From Actinomycetota bacterium (GTDB lineage: Bacteria; Actinomycetota; Thermoleophilia; Gaiellales; Gaiellaceae), in assembly GCA_005884005.1 (NCBI GenBank), contig VAWI01000014.1, forward strand, positions 6,649-70,648: 64,000 bases of DNA, written 5' to 3'. Shown here in pieces: positions 9,403 to 16,887 of the stretch. The notes below the pieces were generated by a model that did not search any database, was not told the origin of the DNA, and saw nothing but the letters and a program-made list of their open reading frames with translations. The position numbers were made by a program, and so were the translations under genes. How positions within the stretch are numbered: position 1 is the first letter of the stretch; every line of letters begins with the position of its first letter.

Positions 9403-9792
9403 GTGAGCGTCTGGCTCTTGCTCGGTGTCCTGCTTGCCATCGCCTCTGTCGTCGTCGTCGCGCTGCCGTTTCTCCGGCGGCCCGGGATTCCGGCGGCAGA
9501 AGACCGGCTTGGCGAGCCGGACGAGCTCGAGCGGCGCAGGCTCGAGCTCGCGGAGGAGCGCGACCGCGCGCTCGCGGCTCTGAAGGAGCTCGAGTTCGAC
9601 CACCGTACGGGCAAGGTCTCCGACGAGGACTACCGGGCGCTGCTTGGGCCGCTGCGCAGGCGAGTCGCAGATGCTCTGCGAGCGCTAGAGCCGGCGGCGA
9701 AGCCGCCTGTCCGCGTCAGCGGGCCGGGGGACGGGGTTCGGGGGAACAGGGAGGTTCCCCCGGACGACGAAAGAGCTCATGCCCGCCGCTAA
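9403..9792 (+). CDS. small membrane-anchored coiled-coil protein (weakly resembles the N-terminus of CcmI-type proteins)
   Basis: GTG start, one N-terminal TM helix (VWLLLGVLLAIASVVVVALPFL), then a charged helix (ELERRRLELAEERDRALAALKELEFD). Confidence 0.5.
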   Translation: MSVWLLLGVLLAIASVVVVALPFLRRPGIPAAEDRLGEPDELERRRLELAEERDRALAALKELEFDHRTGKVSDEDYRALLGPLRRRVADALRALEPAAKPPVRVSGPGDGVRGNREVPPDDERAHARR

Positions 9793-10618
9793 CTGCACCA
9801 ACTGCGGGGCGCGGCTGCCGAAAGAGAGCCGTTTCTGTCCCGAGTGCGGCGTCCGCACGTCGGTCGCGAAGACTGGCACTGCGGTCGAAGAGCTTCCGCC
9901 CGATGAGACCGGCCACGTTCCCGTGCACAAGGTCGCCGCGGCGCCGCGCTACTTCGGCATCGCGCCGCCGCTGGCGCTCTTCACGCTCACCGTAGCATTG
10001 GTCGTGGCTGCGATCGTCGTCTTCATGGGCGGCAACACGATTGCGGGCGCGCTCCTGCTCGCGGCCGCGGGTCTCTTCTCGATGCTCTTCGTCGCCGCGT
10101 CCAAGCGCCTCCCGGACAACGCCGTCGCGCGAGTCGGCCGCGGCGTCCTTCGGACGGTGCGCGACCGGACGGGGTTCGCGGTCGAGGCGGTCAGCGTTCA
10201 CTCGACTGCCCGCGTCGAGCTCTTCCGGCTTCGCCGGGAGTTTGGGGAGCTCGTCGCCCGCCGTTCCGAGGCTGCCCGCGCGCTCGGCGAGGCCGTGTAC
10301 GGTGGCGCCGAAGAGGAGGCCGAGGACGCCCGGAAGCAGATGCGCGAGCTCGAGCGGGCGCTCGCCGACAACGAGAGGGAGATGAAGACCGTGACCGAAG
10401 CCGCAACCGAACGAATCCAGCGCGCACAGCTCCAAGTCCAGCCCACGGCGGTGGTCGAGCCGCCGCAGGTCCCCGAGCCGATGCCGGCACCTTCGGAGCC
10501 GCCGCAGCCAGTGACCGTCCCGGAGCCGTCGCCGGTGCCGTCGGAACCGCCAATGCCGGTCCCCTCGCCCGAGCCGACGCCGGAGCCTTCGCCCCCGCAG
10601 CCGGAACAGCCGACCTAA
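9779..10618 (+). CDS. zinc-ribbon membrane protein with coiled coil and a Pro-rich tail
   Basis: N-terminal CTNCGARLPKESRFCPECG, two hydrophobic helices, a charged coiled coil, and a C-terminal (P-E/S-P)n repeat. Confidence 0.6.
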   Translation: MPAANCTNCGARLPKESRFCPECGVRTSVAKTGTAVEELPPDETGHVPVHKVAAAPRYFGIAPPLALFTLTVALVVAAIVVFMGGNTIAGALLLAAAGLFSMLFVAASKRLPDNAVARVGRGVLRTVRDRTGFAVEAVSVHSTARVELFRLRREFGELVARRSEAARALGEAVYGGAEEEAEDARKQMRELERALADNEREMKTVTEAATERIQRAQLQVQPTAVVEPPQVPEPMPAPSEPPQPVTVPEPSPVPSEPPMPVPSPEPTPEPSPPQPEQPT

Positions 10619-10666
10619 AGCCAAGGAAAGGCAGGGACGGTCGGCGGCTTCGCGAAAGTCCCGCAG

Positions 10667-11848
10667 ATGAGGCGAGTAGCTCTGGCCGCGTTCGTCGTCG
10701 CGGCTGTCGTCGCCGCGCCGGCGGCCGGCGATGTCTACAACCGCAAGCATTCCGTCGACGCCCGGCTTTCGGCGCTACAGGCTCGCATCGCCGCGGCGCA
10801 GGAGCGGGCGCAGCAGCTCTCGGCCGAGATCGACTCGGTCAGCTCGCGGATCCAGGCCCTGGCAGGCCGGGTCGGTGATGTCTCGGCGCGCCTCGTGACG
10901 CTCGAGGGCGACCTGGCGCTACACCGGCGCAAGCTCGATCGGTTGACAACCCTTTTCGGGATCGAGACGCAACGGTACGTCTTCCTCCGACGCGAGTATT
11001 CGCTCGCGCTTGCGCGCCTGAATGCCCGGCTGGTCGAGGTCTATGAGCAAGGCGACGTCGATTCGGTCGACGTGATTCTCGCGGCGACGAGCCTCTCCGA
11101 CTTGATTGACGGTCTCGATTACGTCAACGAGATCGGCGCGGCGGACGAGCGGATTGCGACGAGTGTGGGACAGGCAAAGGGAGCGGCGCGAGAGGCGCGG
11201 GAACGAACGCGGAAGCTCCGAGGAGTCGTCGCCGCGGAGACGCGGGCCGTCCAGGCGCGGACCGAGCAGGTGCGCGCGGTGCGGGACCAGCTGGTGTCCA
11301 ACCGTCGCGAGCTCGTCGCGGCCCGCTCGACGAAACGGGTCAGCCTCAAGAGCGTCAGGGCGAGCGAGCGCGAGGAGGTCAGCGAGGCTCAGGCGCTGGA
11401 GCGGGTGAGCGCCTCGCTCGGCGCGCAGATCCAGGCTTCCCAGGCGGCCTCGTCATACAGTCCGCCGTCGTCGAGCCCGTCGGCCAGCGGGTTCATCTGG
11501 CCGGTCAACGGCCCCGTGACCAGCCCCTTCGGGATGCGGTGGGGCCGGATGCACACCGGCATCGACATCGGCGTTGCCGATGGCACGCCGATTCACGCAG
11601 CGGCAGCCGGCCGCGTCATCTACGCCGGCTGGATGGACGGATACGGCAACCTGGTCTTCATCGACCATGGGAGCGGGCTCTCCACGGGCTATGCGCATCA
11701 GTCGAGCGTCGCCGTCTCGAACGGAGAGACCGTCGCGCAGGGGCAGGTGATCGGCTACGTCGGCTGTACCGGGCACTGCTTCGGGCCTCACCTCCACTTC
11801 GAGGTCCGCGTCAACGGGGCGCCTGTCGACCCGCTTGGCTACCTGTAG
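10667..11848 (+). CDS. M23 family metallopeptidase with a long N-terminal coiled coil (EnvC-like architecture)
   Basis: Signal-like N-terminus and about 230 aa of coiled coil. The LytM domain carries HTGIDIG...GYGNLVFIDHG...GCTGHCFGPHLHFEV. Confidence 0.85.
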   Translation: MRRVALAAFVVAAVVAAPAAGDVYNRKHSVDARLSALQARIAAAQERAQQLSAEIDSVSSRIQALAGRVGDVSARLVTLEGDLALHRRKLDRLTTLFGIETQRYVFLRREYSLALARLNARLVEVYEQGDVDSVDVILAATSLSDLIDGLDYVNEIGAADERIATSVGQAKGAAREARERTRKLRGVVAAETRAVQARTEQVRAVRDQLVSNRRELVAARSTKRVSLKSVRASEREEVSEAQALERVSASLGAQIQASQAASSYSPPSSSPSASGFIWPVNGPVTSPFGMRWGRMHTGIDIGVADGTPIHAAAAGRVIYAGWMDGYGNLVFIDHGSGLSTGYAHQSSVAVSNGETVAQGQVIGYVGCTGHCFGPHLHFEVRVNGAPVDPLGYL

Positions 11849-11969
11849 GGAGGGTTGTTGCGAAAACGCTCTTTAGCCGTAACCAGATTCTCGCGACATG
11901 CGTTTATGTCTTAGAAAGCGTAAGCGCGGGGGGAAGAGCAATCGGCGCTTGCGCACGTCTCCCGACGGC

Positions 11970-11999
11970 ACCGGCCGTCTCCCCCGGGGCGGCCGGTGC
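11970..11999. other. 9-bp GC hairpin (CACCGGCCG-N12-CGGCCGGTG) in the 299-nt gap between the M23 gene and mntH
   Basis: Perfect inverted repeat read from the sequence. Function unknown; a convergent terminator is possible. Confidence 0.35.
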
Positions 12000-12007
12000 A
12001 ATTTAGG

Positions 12008-12124
12008 CATGGGGGAAACCATGTTTCCCCCATGAACCCCCTTCTTCTTGCCTCGACAACGTTCTTGCCTCGACAACGCCGACGCGGTTGCGGCTCCCGC
12101 CGGGCAAAGCCCGGCTCCGCCGGC
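12008..12124 (-). repeat. copy B (reverse orientation) of the 9005-9104 repeat, with a 17-nt internal tandem duplication
   Basis: The reverse complement matches copy A: the 27-nt hairpin is identical (12008-12034), block 1 matches 33/34 (12091-12124), and GTTGTCGAGGCAAGAA(C/G) is duplicated. It starts 24 nt after the mntH stop. Confidence 0.7.
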
Positions 12125-12147
12125 AAGCGGCGCATCTCTGTCAGCGC

Positions 12148-13413
12148 CTAGAAGAGGGTCTGGTAGAGGAGGAAGACGTTCAGGCCCGAGATCAGCGCGG
12201 CGACGACCGTGGCCACGATCGTCGTCGCCCGATGATTGACGAGGGCGCCCATGACCTCGCGCTTGCCGGTGAAGATCACCAGCGGGATCAGTGCAAACGG
12301 GATCCCGAAGGAGAGTACGACCTGGCTGAGCACGAGCGTCCGCGACGGATCGGCGCCGATCCCGATCACGACGAGCGCCGGCAGCATCGTCACGAGCCTG
12401 CGCACCCAGATCGGGATCCGGCGGCGGATGAATCCCTGCATCACCACCTGTCCGGCCAGCGTGCCGACTGTCGAGCTCGAGAGACCGGAGCCGAGCAGAG
12501 CCAGAGCGAAGAGCGTGCTCGAGGAGCCGCCGAGAAGCCCCGCCAGCGTCTTGTGCGCCGTTTCGAGCGAGGAGACGTTCGTGAGGCCGCTCTTGTAGAA
12601 GGTGCTCGCCGCGACGACGAGCATCGCCACGTTGATCAGCCCGGCGATGGTCATTGCGATCGCAACGTCGATGCGCGTGAACTTGTAGAGGCGGCGCGCC
12701 TGCTGCTCGGATTTCGGCAGTACCCGTTCCTGCAGCAGCGCCGAGTGGAGATAAATGACATGCGGCATCACCGTCGCGCCGAGTATCCCGACCGCGAGCA
12801 GGACGGACTCGCTGCCGGAAAACTGCGGCAGGAATGCATGCTTCGCGACGGTGCCGAGCGGCGGCTTCGCATAGAAGAGCTCGCCGAGGTAGCAAACGCC
12901 GATCATTCCCACGATCGCGGCGATCACCGCCTCGAACGGCCGGAAGCCGAAGCGCTGCAGACCGAGGATCAGGAAGGCCGTGATCGCGGTGATGATCGCC
13001 GCCGGGAAGAGCGCGATCCCAAGCAGCAAGTGAAAACCCAGCGCCGCGCCCAGGAACTCCGCGAGATCGGTAGCCATCGCGATCAGCTCGGCTTGGATCC
13101 AGAGCGCGAACGACGTCCGGCGGGAGAATCGCTCGCGGCAGACTTCGGGCAGGTTCTTTCCGGTGGCGATCCCGAGCTTCGCCGAGAGCGTCTGGATCAG
13201 CATCGCCATCAGGTTCGCGGCGACGATCACCCAGACCAGCGTGTAGCCGAACTTCGAGCCGCCGGCGATGTTCGTGGCGAAGTTGCCGGGGTCGATGTAG
13301 GCGACGCAGGCGACGAACGCGGGGCCCAGGAACGGAAGGATGCGGAAGCTGCCTCGGCGCTCGCCGCGGAGCACGCGGCCGGCATCATCCGCGGTGCGCG
13401 CGGTGGCGTTCAT
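12148..13413 (-). CDS. mntH: NRAMP-family divalent metal (Mn2+)/proton transporter
   Basis: 421 aa with about 11 TM helices. Motifs AYIDPGNFATNIAGGSKFGY and ATVMPHVIYLHS are diagnostic of MntH. Confidence 0.9.
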   Translation of the reverse strand: MNATARTADDAGRVLRGERRGSFRILPFLGPAFVACVAYIDPGNFATNIAGGSKFGYTLVWVIVAANLMAMLIQTLSAKLGIATGKNLPEVCRERFSRRTSFALWIQAELIAMATDLAEFLGAALGFHLLLGIALFPAAIITAITAFLILGLQRFGFRPFEAVIAAIVGMIGVCYLGELFYAKPPLGTVAKHAFLPQFSGSESVLLAVGILGATVMPHVIYLHSALLQERVLPKSEQQARRLYKFTRIDVAIAMTIAGLINVAMLVVAASTFYKSGLTNVSSLETAHKTLAGLLGGSSSTLFALALLGSGLSSSTVGTLAGQVVMQGFIRRRIPIWVRRLVTMLPALVVIGIGADPSRTLVLSQVVLSFGIPFALIPLVIFTGKREVMGALVNHRATTIVATVVAALISGLNVFLLYQTLF

Positions 13414-13433
13414 CGAGGTGAGTCTAGCGAGAG

Positions 13434-13452
13434 TTAGGTACGCCTAAACTTT
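13434..13452. promoter_or_regulatory. candidate DtxR/IdeR/MntR-family operator upstream of mntH
   Basis: TTAGGTACGCCTAAACTTT matches the iron-box consensus TWAGGTWAGSCTWACCTWA at 16/19 positions by hand alignment. It lies 21-39 nt upstream of the mntH ATG and overlaps the hpt stop. Confidence 0.4.
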
Positions 13453-13967
13453 GCCACACGAAGCTCGGGCAGGTTGCGGTGCCGTTCGTCCAGGTCGAAG
13501 CCGTAGCCGACGAAGTACTCGTCCGGAACGACGAAACCGACGTACCGGACCGGGAGGTCGTCGACGAGGCGGCGGTATGGCCGGTCGAGCAGCGTTGCGA
13601 TCGAGAGTGAGGCCGGCCTGCGGAGCGCGAGCAGCTTGCGCAGGTAGTTCAGGGTCAATCCGGTATCGACGACGTCCTCGACGACGAGCACGTGGCGACC
13701 CTCGACCGGCCCGTTCAGATCCTTCAGCAGCCGCACCCGCTCGTGGCCGCCCGGGACGGCGCCGCCGTACCCGGCGAGCTCGACGAAATCGAGCTCATGA
13801 ACCGACGGGATCGCCCGCGAGAGATCGGCCACGAAGAACAGGGAGCCCTTGAGCGGCGCGACGAGCAGTGGGTCGAGGCCGGCATAATCGGCCGCGATCT
13901 GGGCGCCCAGCTCGCTGACGCGCGTCTGGATCTCCTCGGCGGAGAGGTACGTCTCGCCGACGCGCAG
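13434..13967 (-). CDS. hpt: hypoxanthine-guanine phosphoribosyltransferase (start codon uncertain; CTG 13967 proposed)
   Basis: PRPP loop VLVVEDVVDTGLTL plus an HPRT-like N-terminus (YLSAEEIQTRVSELGAQIAADY...PLKGSLFFVADLSRAI). The conserved N-terminal 45 codons lie upstream of the first GTG (13832), and no ATG/GTG/TTG exists back to the in-frame stop at 14064-14066. Confidence 0.75.
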   Translation of the reverse strand: MRVGETYLSAEEIQTRVSELGAQIAADYAGLDPLLVAPLKGSLFFVADLSRAIPSVHELDFVELAGYGGAVPGGHERVRLLKDLNGPVEGRHVLVVEDVVDTGLTLNYLRKLLALRRPASLSIATLLDRPYRRLVDDLPVRYVGFVVPDEYFVGYGFDLDERHRNLPELRVAKFRRT

Positions 13968-13975
13968 GTCGTCGG

Positions 13976-14329
13976 CTAGCGCGCGAGGTCGAGCCTGAAT
14001 CGCTGGGCCAGGCGCTCGATGTCGCGCCGGTAGAAGAGCTTGATCCGGACGTCCGGGTAGCGCTCACGGAGTTTGCGCAACTTGCGGTTCTTTCGTGTCA
14101 CGAGCGCCTGCTTCATCACGGTCACCTCGACGTAGAGGTCCTGCTCAGGCAAGTAGAAGTCGGGCGTGAACGCCTCCGTCACGCGGCCGTCTTCGGCCTC
14201 CTCGAGCGCGAATGTCCTTGGCTCGTACTCCCAGGGAACCCCGTAAAAGTCCAGCAGGCGGGCGCATTCGCGCTCCGCGTCGTTTGCGAAGCGGGCTGTC
14301 TCCGCGCTTCGGGCTGTCTCTACCGCCAC
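13976..14329 (-). CDS. hypothetical protein (117 aa)
   Basis: Good codon bias. The stretch FTPDFYLPEQDLYVEVTVMKQ faintly resembles a nuclease-like D...E.K core, but I cannot assign a family. Confidence 0.55.
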   Translation of the reverse strand: MAVETARSAETARFANDAERECARLLDFYGVPWEYEPRTFALEEAEDGRVTEAFTPDFYLPEQDLYVEVTVMKQALVTRKNRKLRKLRERYPDVRIKLFYRRDIERLAQRFRLDLAR

Positions 14330-14368
14330 TCAATCGAAAGTAGCAACGAGAGCGGATGCCGCGCCGGC

Positions 14369-15022
14369 ATGCGCGACCTGCTATACGACCGCGAACCGAT
14401 GGGGCGCCTGCGACTCACTCCGCAGAAACGCGAGTTCTTCGAGCTCTACTCCCGCGCCTCCGCGAACGCTGTCGAGATCTCGCGTCTCCTCGTCGAGCTA
14501 CTCGAGCGATTCCCGGCCGAGGACGGCAGCCTGATCGCTCAAATCAAGGAGCGCGAGCACGAAGGCGACGACCTGACGCATGAGGTCGTCGACCTGCTCA
14601 ATCGCACCTTCGTGACGCCGTTCGACCGCGACGACATGTACCGGCTCGCGGGCGCGATCGACGACGTTTGCGATCACGTCGACGAGGCGGCCGACAACCT
14701 CGGCACCTACGGCATCGAGCGGGTCCCGGAGAAGGCCGTCGAGCAAGCGCGGGTGATCCACGAGGCGGCACGGAACCTCGACGCCGCGGTCCAACGCCTG
14801 GAAGGGTTCAAGGACTCTCAGGCGCAACTGATCGAGCTGCGGCGTCTCGAGGACGAGGGCGACCGCCTGGTGCGAGACGCGGTAGCGGAGCTCTTCAACA
14901 CCGTCCAGGATCCGATCGTGATCATCCGTTGGAAAGACATCCACGGGCGGCTGGAAGAGGCCGTGGACGCGCTTGAGAACGCGGCGGATGTTCTGGAGGC
15001 GATTCTCGTCAAGAACCGCTGA
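14369..15022 (+). CDS. DUF47 / PhoU-like phosphate-transport accessory protein
   Basis: Helical 217-aa protein (EHEGDDLTHEVVDLLNRTFVTPFDRDDM...LEDEGDRLVRDAV) of the type always paired with PiT permeases. An alternative start is ATG 14399. Confidence 0.85.
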   Translation: MRDLLYDREPMGRLRLTPQKREFFELYSRASANAVEISRLLVELLERFPAEDGSLIAQIKEREHEGDDLTHEVVDLLNRTFVTPFDRDDMYRLAGAIDDVCDHVDEAADNLGTYGIERVPEKAVEQARVIHEAARNLDAAVQRLEGFKDSQAQLIELRRLEDEGDRLVRDAVAELFNTVQDPIVIIRWKDIHGRLEEAVDALENAADVLEAILVKNR

Positions 15023-15091
15023 TTCTCTGCGAAAGATGCTTCGCACTCCTCACAGCGCTGTTTTGCCGGTTCGCCAAGTTCCCGAGACCCG

Positions 15092-16081
15092 ATGAACAGC
15101 ATTTTGCTGTGGGTGGTCGTGGTGGTGGCCCTCGGCTTCGACTTCACGAACGGGTTCCACGACACCGCCAATGCCGTCGCAACCTCGGTCTCGACACGCG
15201 CGCTTACCCCCCGCACGGCCGTCTTCGTGGCGGCGGTCGCGAATCTCGCCGGCGCCTTCGTCACGACCGCCGTCGCGAAAACAGTCGGCAAAGGGATCAT
15301 CGACACAGGCCTTGCGACCGAGAAGACCGTGCTGGCCGCGCTGCTCGGCGCGATCGCGTGGAACCTCCTCACGTGGTGGCGCGGCCTGCCGTCGAGCTCT
15401 TCACATGCGCTGATCGGCGGCCTGATCGGCGCGGCGCTCGTCCAGTCGGGATCGAAAGGGGTCGAATGGCACGGCGTCGTCCACAAGGTCGCGTTCCCAG
15501 CCCTTGTCTCGCCGGCGCTTGGCTTTGTAGGCGCGTTCGTGCTGCTTCTCGTCATCTATTGGGTGTTCGTCTGGGTCACTCCCGGAGTCGCCAACCGCGG
15601 CTTTCGGATTGGGCAGTTCGCCTCGGGGACATGGGTCGCGTTTACGCACGGCGCCAACGACGCGCAGAAGACGATGGGCGTGATCGCGCTCGCGCTCTTC
15701 GAGGCCCACAAGATCGATCATTTCTACATCCCAGCCTGGGTGATCGTCGCTGCCGGCCTCTCGATCGGCGCGGGCACGTACGTCGGCGGCTGGCGGATCA
15801 TGCGCACGCTCGGCCAGCGAATCTTCTCGCTGGAGCCGGCGAGCGGTTTCGCCGCCCAGGTTTCCGGCGGGACGGTGATCTATCTCGCGACACGTTTCGG
15901 GTACCCCGTTTCGACGACCCACGTCGTCTCGGGCTCGGTGATGGGGGCAGGGGCGACGAAGAGGCTTTCTGCCGTGCGCTGGGGCGTCGCCGGCAACATC
16001 GTCTTCGCGTGGCTGCTGACGATTCCGGCGGCGGCGCTCGTCGCCGCGGCATTTTACTGGCCGGTGCAGGGCGTCTTCTAG
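15092..16081 (+). CDS. pit: inorganic phosphate transporter, PiT family
   Basis: The signature FDFTNGFHDTANAVATSV and a second repeat (AFTHGANDAQKTMGVI), with about 10 TM helices. Confidence 0.9.
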   Translation: MNSILLWVVVVVALGFDFTNGFHDTANAVATSVSTRALTPRTAVFVAAVANLAGAFVTTAVAKTVGKGIIDTGLATEKTVLAALLGAIAWNLLTWWRGLPSSSSHALIGGLIGAALVQSGSKGVEWHGVVHKVAFPALVSPALGFVGAFVLLLVIYWVFVWVTPGVANRGFRIGQFASGTWVAFTHGANDAQKTMGVIALALFEAHKIDHFYIPAWVIVAAGLSIGAGTYVGGWRIMRTLGQRIFSLEPASGFAAQVSGGTVIYLATRFGYPVSTTHVVSGSVMGAGATKRLSAVRWGVAGNIVFAWLLTIPAAALVAAAFYWPVQGVF

Positions 16082-16101
16082 ACCCGCTCTAGACTTCGGC
16101 C

Positions 16102-16887
16102 ATGAAGATCGCTCACATCTCGGACATCCATTGCGGCGAGGTCCATTTCGTGCCCGGCCTGATGGAACGGGCGATCAACGAGATCAACGATCAGCAGCCG
16201 GACATCGTCGTCTGCTCCGGCGACCTGACGGCGATGGGCTTCAAGCACGAGTACGTGGAGGCGAAGGCGTATCTCGACCGGCTCGAGTGCGACAGCGTGG
16301 TCGTCATCCCCGGCAACCACGACTCGCGCAACGTCGGCTACATCCACTTCGAGGAGCTGTTCGGCTCGCGAAACCACGTTGTCCAGCGTGAAGGAGTCAC
16401 GGTCGTCGCCGTCGACTCGACCGAGCCCGATCTCGACCACGGCCAGATCGGCCGGGGCCGCTACCGGTGGATCGAGGAGCAGTTCGCCGAAGGCAACGCC
16501 GAGCTGCGGATCTTCGTGCTCCACCACCACCTGCTGCCGATCCCGGGCACGGGACGTGAGCGCAACATCGTCTACGACGCGGGCGACGCGATCGAGTGCC
16601 TGCAACGTGCCGGCGTCGACATCGTGCTCTCCGGCCACAAGCACGTCCCCTACGCGTGGCGCCTCGAGGATCTGTTCGTGATCAACGCTGGGACGGTCTC
16701 CTCGCAACGTCTCCGCGGCAAGACGCGGCCCTGTTACAACCTGATCGAGATCACCGACCACCACGTGGACGTCTGGCGGAAATACCCCTTCCACGGGCAG
16801 GAAAGGATCATCCAGTTCTCGACCGAGACACGCTCGTTCGAGAAGTACACGGCGCGGATCGAGGGCGAGGTGACCTCGCCGCGATGA
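16102..16887 (+). CDS. calcineurin-like metallophosphoesterase
   Basis: Motifs ISDIHCG, SGDLT, GNHD, VLHHH and GHKH are in canonical order. The stop overlaps the next start (ATGA at 16884-16887). Confidence 0.8.
   Translation: MKIAHISDIHCGEVHFVPGLMERAINEINDQQPDIVVCSGDLTAMGFKHEYVEAKAYLDRLECDSVVVIPGNHDSRNVGYIHFEELFGSRNHVVQREGVTVVAVDSTEPDLDHGQIGRGRYRWIEEQFAEGNAELRIFVLHHHLLPIPGTGRERNIVYDAGDAIECLQRAGVDIVLSGHKHVPYAWRLEDLFVINAGTVSSQRLRGKTRPCYNLIEITDHHVDVWRKYPFHGQERIIQFSTETRSFEKYTARIEGEVTSPR

Noticed and set aside
13414-13433. Possibility of a manganese (yybP-ykoY) riboswitch in front of mntH.
   Set aside because: Only 20 nt separate the hpt stop from the mntH ATG, far too short for that riboswitch. 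A protein operator (the DtxR-like box) fits better.
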